In this document: one piece after another, positions 58,221 through 64,000 of the stretch
Position numbering within the stretch: the stretch's first letter is position 1
Layout: each line of letters opens with the position of its first letter
Source of the DNA: a virus
Taxonomy: Duplodnaviria > Caudoviricetes
IMG/VR virus record: IMGVR_UViG_3300021387_000034
Coordinates: 18,011-82,010 of that record
Reading direction: 5' to 3' (one strand)
Length of the DNA stretch: 64,000 nucleotides
Notes under the pieces: model-generated
Told to the model about the DNA's origin: nothing
Database searches by the model: none
Seen by the model: only the letters and a program-made list of their open reading frames with translations
Translations under genes and position numbers: made by a program

Positions 58221-59387
58221 TTAATCGGCTAAAAGCATTGGCATAAGTAACGACGTATATTCATAAACATTATTCGTTGTACCCTCGGTAATCAATCCAG
58301 CACGGCTTGGGTCGGCAAGAGCAATCTTTACCGTGTCGCCATCAACGTTTTGCAAAAGTTGCAACAATGCGCTACCCTTGAAACCAATAGAAATTGGGGC
58401 ACTTGTAGGAGAATAGTCGCAAGGGACATTCTCGCTTGCGGACTTGCTAAAATCAAAATCTTCTGCGGCTATCGTTAGCATACCATCGGCAAAAGTCAAA
58501 GAAACCAATTCGGACATTGAATTACCCATAGGTAGCACTCGTTTCATAGCCGAAATGAAAGCTGCCTTATCAACGTTAACAATCTTGTCGTTGGTCTTAG
58601 GAATGACTGAATCGTAGTTCGGATAGCGTCCTTCGATAAGTCTTGCGGTCAACTTGAATTGTGTGTTATTAACCGTAAAGCAACGGTCGTTGAATACCAC
58701 CTTGACATCACCCGCAATAGTGTTAGCTAACACGTTCATAAGTGTGTTACAAGGCTTTTTAGGCATTGTGAAACCGTATATCGTTTGGTCTTCGCTATTG
58801 TCGTAAGTGATAGTCAAATCCTTATACTTTGAAAGTTTGTGACCATCACTTGCAACGGCAACCATACCGTCCGCAAAGAACTCAAACCTTACACCGTTCA
58901 TCACTGGTCGTAATTCGTCATTTGCCGTAGCATATCCCGCACGTTCAATAGCCGTAAGAATTTTCTTGCCATCAATACGCTTTTCCTTGCCGTCATCAAC
59001 GGTAGCCATAGGCATAGGAAATTCGTTCGGTTCATCGTATGGTAACGAGAATTTGCCGTTGTCGTACTTGCACGTGATAATGTGCTTTTCGTCGTTGATT
59101 TCCATTGTCACGAATTTGCCACCAAGATTTCGTAGTGCTTGCAACAAAGCCTTTGCCTCGATACAAATAACGATACCAATCTCAGCTTCCGTAATGCTTG
59201 CTTTCCATTGTAACCACGTTTCGCTATCACTTGCCATAAGTTCGGCAATCACACCACCTTGACCGTCATCTTTCGTTTCTATGCGGACATCATTAAGAAT
59301 TGGTAATGCGTTTTTTGAAAGGACTACGGAATTAACCAACGCAAGTGCGGGTGTTAATTCGTCGGAATTGAATTTGATAATCTTCAT
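58221..59387 (-). CDS. dnaN: DNA polymerase III sliding clamp (beta subunit)
   Basis: LPILNDV, DELRPVMNGV, ASDGHKL, RLIEGRYPNY, IGF, LLMPM. Confidence 0.93.
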   Translation of the reverse strand: MKIIKFNSDELTPALALVNSVVLSKNALPILNDVRIETKDDGQGGVIAELMASDSETWLQWKASITEAEIGIVICIEAKALLQALRNLGGKFVTMEINDEKHIITCKYDNGKFSLPYDEPNEFPMPMATVDDGKEKRIDGKKILTAIERAGYATANDELRPVMNGVRFEFFADGMVAVASDGHKLSKYKDLTITYDNSEDQTIYGFTMPKKPCNTLMNVLANTIAGDVKVVFNDRCFTVNNTQFKLTARLIEGRYPNYDSVIPKTNDKIVNVDKAAFISAMKRVLPMGNSMSELVSLTFADGMLTIAAEDFDFSKSASENVPCDYSPTSAPISIGFKGSALLQLLQNVDGDTVKIALADPSRAGLITEGTTNNVYEYTSLLMPMLLAD

Positions 59388-59409
59388 AAGTTTCTCTTAT
59401 TAAATTTGT

Positions 59410-59910
59410 TTATCTATTATTTAAAATAAAATGTAATGTTCCTTTTGACGAAATACCGAAATGTTCCATTGTTTTTTTGTAAGACTTTGTTTTTGCGTGA
59501 AATTCTTTTATTTCTTTTACTCTTTCATCGTTATTGTAACCACTATAACATGATGCAGCATACCTTGCACTTTCGATACGTTTAAGTTTTGGTATATCAA
59601 GGCTATTGTCTTTCAAAGTGCCAATTTCTATATTGTCAAACGAATTATTCAAACAATCACCGTCCAAATGTCGGACGCATTCGCAAGAAAATATTATTTC
59701 TCCGTACTTTTGATACGCAACAAAACGGTGTGTTGGTATATTAAAAATTTGCCCTTTATAGCGAATAGTGAATTTTTTGTACCCATTATGTTGCAAATTT
59801 CCAACAATATTTCCTTTAGGTGAAATAATATCACCATTTTCTTTTGCCCGATAGCCAAGCGAAAAAGCCAGCATTATTGCCTTGTTTCTTTTAAATCCTT
59901 TTTCTTTCAT
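59410..59910 (-). CDS. HNH endonuclease
   Basis: THRFVA...VRHLDGDCLNNSFDNI. Confidence 0.8.
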   Translation of the reverse strand: MKEKGFKRNKAIMLAFSLGYRAKENGDIISPKGNIVGNLQHNGYKKFTIRYKGQIFNIPTHRFVAYQKYGEIIFSCECVRHLDGDCLNNSFDNIEIGTLKDNSLDIPKLKRIESARYAASCYSGYNNDERVKEIKEFHAKTKSYKKTMEHFGISSKGTLHFILNNR

Positions 59911-59931
59911 ATCACAAAAATAACAAAATAG

Positions 59932-60002
59932 TTAGGATAATGGGAGTCGAACCCATACTAAGGGAACCAAAATCCCTTGTGCTACCGCTACACCATACCC
60001 CG
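59932..60002 (-). tRNA. tRNA-Gln(UUG)
   Basis: cloverleaf: anticodon arm AGGGA-TTTTGGT-TCCCT, T-arm GGTTCGACTCC; no encoded CCA. Confidence 0.85.
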
Positions 60003-60012
60003 ATTTAATTAG

Positions 60013-60084
60013 TTGCGGTAGTGGAACTTGCATCCCACCACGATGGTTATGAGCCATGTATGCGACTATCACACTGCTACCGCG
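60013..60084 (-). tRNA. atypical tRNA with CAU anticodon (Met/fMet/Ile2)
   Basis: acceptor CGCGGTA/TACCGCA, loop CTCATAA, non-canonical T-loop TGCAAGT. Confidence 0.65.
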
Positions 60085-60147
60085 ATGTTAAATCCTACTG
60101 CCTTTCACAAGTTTTCGGATTTTAACAAATTCAAAGTTTTTGTAGTG

Positions 60148-60179
60148 CAAAGGTAGTGCTAATTTTTGAATATACCAAA
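60148..60179 (-). promoter_or_regulatory. Bacteroidetes sigma-A promoter for tRNA-HNH-dnaN unit
   Basis: TTTG-N20-TACCTTTG. Confidence 0.8.
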
Positions 60180-60209
60180 TCCTTCGATGGAAATTTTAAT
60201 AAATTAACA

Positions 60210-61115
60210 CTACACCAAGTTTAATTCCGTTTGTACAGCTTGTTTAAGTACACTTGGGCGTGTATAATACTTGCTTTCTTGCATAGCGAACATATCAGGA
60301 TGAACATTCTTTTTGATAGCGTCGCAAGCGTCAACGAAAAAACGCTTAGATATTTCAAATCCGTAAGCCTTACGTCCAAGATTAGCCGCCGCAATCAAAG
60401 TAGAACCGCTTCCTGCAAATGGGTCGATAACAACATCATCTGGGTCTGTGAAAAGTTCTATAAGCCGTTTTAACAGCGGTATGCTTTTTTGCGTTGGATG
60501 AATACGTTCCATACCCAAATCACGGGGATAGTCCATACAGTTGAATATCATTTGACCGTTATTATTGAACTTTGGTAATTTGTCACGGTATAGTATTAAG
60601 CCATATTCGCAATTACCGACAACTTTCATGTTTGCTTTTAATACTTGCGCTGAATAGTTCTTGCGGAATACAAGGTTGATATAGTGTTTAAACCCATATC
60701 GCTTTGCAAGTTCAATAAGGTAGAATTGTTGCATGAACTCACAAAAGACAATCATACACGGTGCGCTTGTCTTTGTGCGGTCGTTATCATCAACCTTTCC
60801 TTTGGGTTCTGGTTTAAGCATTTGTGATGCAAAGTGCATCATTTCCGCAGGCTTGAAATTTTCGTCCGTAGTAAAGAATGTTTCTCCCGCAAGTTCGCTT
60901 TCTCCGTTCTTATTGTCTCCGTCGATATACCAACTCGGGTTACTACCATAAGCGTTAGCACCAAGCGAATACGGAATATCCGTTAAGATAAGTTGTGCTT
61001 TTGGTATGCCATATCTCTTGTAATCCTGCATGGTAGAATTGAACAACCCAACACGATTATTAAGCATACGAAATTCTGGGTCAACCACAGTCACGTCACG
61101 TTTATCAAGTTTCAT
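60210..61115 (-). CDS. beta-class DNA methyltransferase (MTase 4)
   Basis: DIPYS, HPTQK, VIDPFAGSGST. Confidence 0.9.
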   Translation of the reverse strand: MKLDKRDVTVVDPEFRMLNNRVGLFNSTMQDYKRYGIPKAQLILTDIPYSLGANAYGSNPSWYIDGDNKNGESELAGETFFTTDENFKPAEMMHFASQMLKPEPKGKVDDNDRTKTSAPCMIVFCEFMQQFYLIELAKRYGFKHYINLVFRKNYSAQVLKANMKVVGNCEYGLILYRDKLPKFNNNGQMIFNCMDYPRDLGMERIHPTQKSIPLLKRLIELFTDPDDVVIDPFAGSGSTLIAAANLGRKAYGFEISKRFFVDACDAIKKNVHPDMFAMQESKYYTRPSVLKQAVQTELNLV

Positions 61116-61157
61116 ATTCCTATTTGTATTTTGCCAATCAAATAATGTTTTCGTATC

Positions 61158-61247
61158 TTACAATCTTTTGTTAGCCAAGTCAACGTTAGCTAAAAGTTTC
61201 ATGCCTTGCACGTTATCCATGCAATAGATTTTGTTCAATTCAATCAT
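61158..61247 (-). pseudogene. internally deleted DNA methyltransferase remnant
   Basis: MIELNKIYCMDNVQGMKLL fused to DLANKRL, i.e. MTase N- and C-termini only. Confidence 0.7.
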
Positions 61248-61465
61248 ATATCCGTATCTACTTTAAATAATTTCCAATAAGCTTCACTGTATTTATCATA
61301 CCATAGTTCATCGTTATCTACACAATCATGGTTTCCAAGCCCGATATGTAAAGATGGTATTTGAAACAAAAGTGTGAACACCATGACTGCTAACATCGAA
61401 AAGATGTAGAATATAAGAATGAAAGGTGCAATAATGAATTGAATGAGTAGTTTGTTAGGTTTCAT
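61244..61465 (-). CDS. small membrane protein
   Basis: TM segment. Confidence 0.6.
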   Translation of the reverse strand: MKPNKLLIQFIIAPFILIFYIFSMLAVMVFTLLFQIPSLHIGLGNHDCVDNDELWYDKYSEAYWKLFKVDTDI

Positions 61466-61521
61466 AATTTTTATATACTTTAAAAATTGCTATTTCTTAT
61501 GCGTTGTTTTTCAGTATTGTC

Positions 61522-61803
61522 CTACTTTGATTTAAGCCCAAGTTCAAAGAAATGTCTCGCAAACTTGTTCAGTTCTTCAAAATTAGGCACTGAATGTAAG
61601 TTTCTAACCCACAAATTTATTTCCATATCCAAGTCTACCTCTTTCACTTCAAGGGTGTCAAGGAAAGAAAGAATCTTACTATATGCAACTATTTGACCTC
61701 GTACAAATTCGCTATGTAAAGTTTCTCTTTCATAGGTTCTTTGAGGTATAATTTTCTCTACCTCAGCAACTACAGCGTCTTTATCTATCAGTTTCATAAT
61801 CAA
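61522..61803 (-). CDS. hypothetical protein
   Basis: IDKDAVVAEVEK...FLDTLEVKEVDL. Confidence 0.7.
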   Translation of the reverse strand: MIMKLIDKDAVVAEVEKIIPQRTYERETLHSEFVRGQIVAYSKILSFLDTLEVKEVDLDMEINLWVRNLHSVPNFEELNKFARHFFELGLKSK

Positions 61804-62009
61804 TCTTTTATATGTTTATCTACAAGCTCTATCCATTTTGTGAGCATTACTATCACAACAATAATGAGCATCACTGCGGCAAAAAACGTAAATACACCTT
61901 TCAATCCCCATGAAATCCACATAAGAACGAACAATAGCACACAAAGAGGAGCTATGATTATCAAAACTTTTTTCATATTAGTCCTCCATATACTTTTCGA
62001 AATCTTCAA
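61800..62009 (-). CDS. small membrane protein
   Basis: two hydrophobic segments. Confidence 0.6.
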   Translation of the reverse strand: MKISKSIWRTNMKKVLIIIAPLCVLLFVLMWISWGLKGVFTFFAAVMLIIVVIVMLTKWIELVDKHIKD

Positions 62010-62274
62010 GCATTTCTTCCATGCAATTAAAGGTATTATTTTCTACTGCATAATGCAAGTTGTTGAAATAAAACTTTTCATTTAAGTATGCCACAACCTT
62101 CTTTATAACGGCATCTTTGCGGACATATTCAGGGTCATGTTCGCTTAGACGTTCTTCCGACCAAGTTATTTCCCACGTCTTTGTTGCTTCGTGGAAATCT
62201 TGGTCTTTAGTTTCCATAACCTCTTGTGGTGTCATATTGAGGTTAAGATAGATTTTACTTGGTAAATTTTTCAT
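61978..62274 (-). CDS. hypothetical protein
   Basis: LPSKIYL...PEYVRKD. Confidence 0.7.
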   Translation of the reverse strand: MKNLPSKIYLNLNMTPQEVMETKDQDFHEATKTWEITWSEERLSEHDPEYVRKDAVIKKVVAYLNEKFYFNNLHYAVENNTFNCMEEMLEDFEKYMED

Positions 62275-62660
62275 AACACTATTTCTTTTTCAATTCTACG
62301 CAACATCAACGCATGTTGTAATTCGTGGACATATAAGATAATAAACGGAGTGTCATTGGTATCTTCGTCGTCATAGTCAGAAGTGACAACAATACAATAG
62401 CCACAATCATCTGAACCCTGTAGCATCAATCCACCACCAACCCACGTTTTTGGGAAAAACTTCTCATCTTCATTGTTGTAAACCCAACCATTCTTTTCAA
62501 GAATCTCTGTAGTTAATGGGATAGACTCTATTTCTTCGTATTCGTACAGGTCGTTGTAATTCAACATCACCAATCCGCTTCCTATCTCTTGAACACGCTC
62601 ATTCTGTTGGTTGTGGGTGTTATATACCCAATCCCCAATCATCAATTCTTTTGCTTTCAT
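62271..62660 (-). CDS. hypothetical protein (paralog of 9337-9741)
   Basis: shared N- and C-terminal motifs. Confidence 0.75.
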   Translation of the reverse strand: MKAKELMIGDWVYNTHNQQNERVQEIGSGLVMLNYNDLYEYEEIESIPLTTEILEKNGWVYNNEDEKFFPKTWVGGGLMLQGSDDCGYCIVVTSDYDDEDTNDTPFIILYVHELQHALMLRRIEKEIVL

Positions 62661-62662
62661 AA

Positions 62663-63784
62663 CTATTCCTCCCTTAGTTTCTTTAAATCATTATAAAGTA
62701 AAGTCAAGGTTCCACTTGGTGCAAAATTATCATTATACCAATCATATACCTGTTTAAAGGCATCAATCTGCTCATCACTCGGTTTCCACTGGTTCTGAGG
62801 TCTGAGGGATTTAAGCCAATCAACAAGTTCTTCTGTATGAATTGCTTCCATGTTTAAAGTATTCGCAGGATTAACTTTAAAATACCCATTAGGATGATTT
62901 ACGTTAAGAACATCTATTAAAAGATTTCTTTTCTTTTCATCCTCTTCACTCCACTCAGCAAGTTTCTGTGCATCTGCTTTTCCTCTCTCATGTTCAGCCT
63001 TGAAAAAATCTGATAGCAGAGGATTTTTATTCTCAGTCTTCTTCAACTCTTTCTTCACAAAGTCGAAAGTATATCCTGCATCAGTCATTGCTTTAAGTAA
63101 AGTATCACGCTGCTCTTTGGTGGCAGGATGAAGAATTTTGCTGTCAGCCCAACAACAAGTATGTTTTTCCCCAAGACAAAAACCATCCTCAGAATCATAA
63201 TCACAATAACATACTACTTTTTGTATAATTCCACGTTGTAATATCTCCTTAAATATGAAAATTCCATTGGAAGCAGAATCAGAATGAAAAAGCACATCCC
63301 CATCTTTTACGTCTTTGATAGACCAAAGGCGATAGTCTTCCTCTAAAATGTAATGAGGGACATGATAATCATTACCTTCAATATCGACTATTTCACAAGT
63401 ATTGGCAAGATTTTTTCTTATATAAAACGCTTCCTTGCTTTCCTTGTTAATAATCCAATCACCAATTTTAAACTTTGACTCAACCTTATTAGCATTATCA
63501 ACCTTTTCTTCCTTTATTGCTTCAAGTGCAGATTTACCTTGCGGTTTATTGCCTTGCTTTTCAAGCCAAGCAATTACATCTTCTTTACTTTTCCCATATA
63601 TAGAAAACATTTCTCTTGACGAAGGCGTGTCAATTGTGAGAAGATTATGAATCAATTCTTTTATCTTCTCATCTTCGGACTCTTTGAGTTCGGGAATGAT
63701 AGTATCTAAGGCTGTTCTTACTGAAAATAGTGCCGACTTATCATAAAAGTCTTTTAATATTTTCATCGCTTCTTTCTTTTCCAT
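62663..63784 (-). CDS. mosaic hypothetical protein
   Basis: short modules AWLEKQG, FKIGDWI, KDGDVL, WSEEDE, WKPSDEQ. Confidence 0.75.
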   Translation of the reverse strand: MEKKEAMKILKDFYDKSALFSVRTALDTIIPELKESEDEKIKELIHNLLTIDTPSSREMFSIYGKSKEDVIAWLEKQGNKPQGKSALEAIKEEKVDNANKVESKFKIGDWIINKESKEAFYIRKNLANTCEIVDIEGNDYHVPHYILEEDYRLWSIKDVKDGDVLFHSDSASNGIFIFKEILQRGIIQKVVCYCDYDSEDGFCLGEKHTCCWADSKILHPATKEQRDTLLKAMTDAGYTFDFVKKELKKTENKNPLLSDFFKAEHERGKADAQKLAEWSEEDEKKRNLLIDVLNVNHPNGYFKVNPANTLNMEAIHTEELVDWLKSLRPQNQWKPSDEQIDAFKQVYDWYNDNFAPSGTLTLLYNDLKKLREE

Positions 63785-63786
63785 AA

Positions 63787-64000
63787 TTATAACAAATTAA
63801 GTTCATGTAACTTCTCAATCATAACAACACAAGCATCAACTAAATTTTCATGTCGTTCAGTTGATAGATGTATCTCATTCTCAATACGTTTCATATATGA
63901 TTCCACATAATAGTATATTTTATTTCCATCCGTTTGTTTATGTGTCTCAATTTCTAAAGGCAAAGCATCAAGCAATGCAGCAAGAGACCAACAAGGAATA
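63787..64000 (-). CDS. hypothetical protein, 5' end outside window
   Basis: frame open to window edge (IPCWSLAALLDALP...). Confidence 0.6.
   Translation of the reverse strand, partial: IPCWSLAALLDALPLEIETHKQTDGNKIYYYVESYMKRIENEIHLSTERHENLVDACVVMIEKLHELNLL

Noticed and set aside
59900-60012. theta/HDV-like ribozyme downstream of tRNAs
   Set aside because: Trailers are short AT-rich sequence or directly the HNH gene; no nested pseudoknot possible.
9337-62660. terminal repeat suggested by paralogs 9337-9741 and 62271-62660
   Set aside because: Similarity is limited to diverged gene ends and the flanks differ; ordinary paralogy.
1-64000. CRISPR array, DGR, integrase, stop-codon recoding
   Set aside because: No regularly spaced repeats, no reverse transcriptase or recombinase ORF; long genes are intact in code 11 and no suppressor tRNA is present.

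Overview
About 64 kb of a tailed dsDNA phage with siphovirus-type morphogenesis genes. The host is probably Bacteroidota (Bacteroidales), based on repeated TTTG-N19/20-TAnnTTTG promoters, AT-rich leaders without Shine-Dalgarno motifs and Bacteroidetes-typical protein families. Layout: 1-7000 small early genes on the minus strand, with an AAA+/vWA-like pair. 7000-9330 non-coding control region where transcription diverges. 9337-20785 replication and modification genes (three DNA MTases, initiator, primase-helicase, SSB-like proteins, HNH). 20918-33957 tail and head genes on the minus strand. 34185-48517 terminase, portal, lysis and tail-tip genes on the plus strand. 48820-51530 a five-gene module with its own promoter. 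52422-64000 minus-strand genes including a sliding clamp (dnaN), two tRNAs and a fourth MTase. No integrase, DNA polymerase, reverse transcriptase or CRISPR array was seen. The most interesting signals are: (i) the DNA MTases end in beta-clamp-binding motifs (QLSLF-type) while the phage encodes its own clamp, (ii) the Gly/Phe/Asn low-complexity five-gene module, (iii) pseudoknot-capable RNA leaders in front of two HNH genes, and (iv) a dispersed family of 75-90 bp hairpin elements. All protein calls come from motif recognition by eye; no database search was run.
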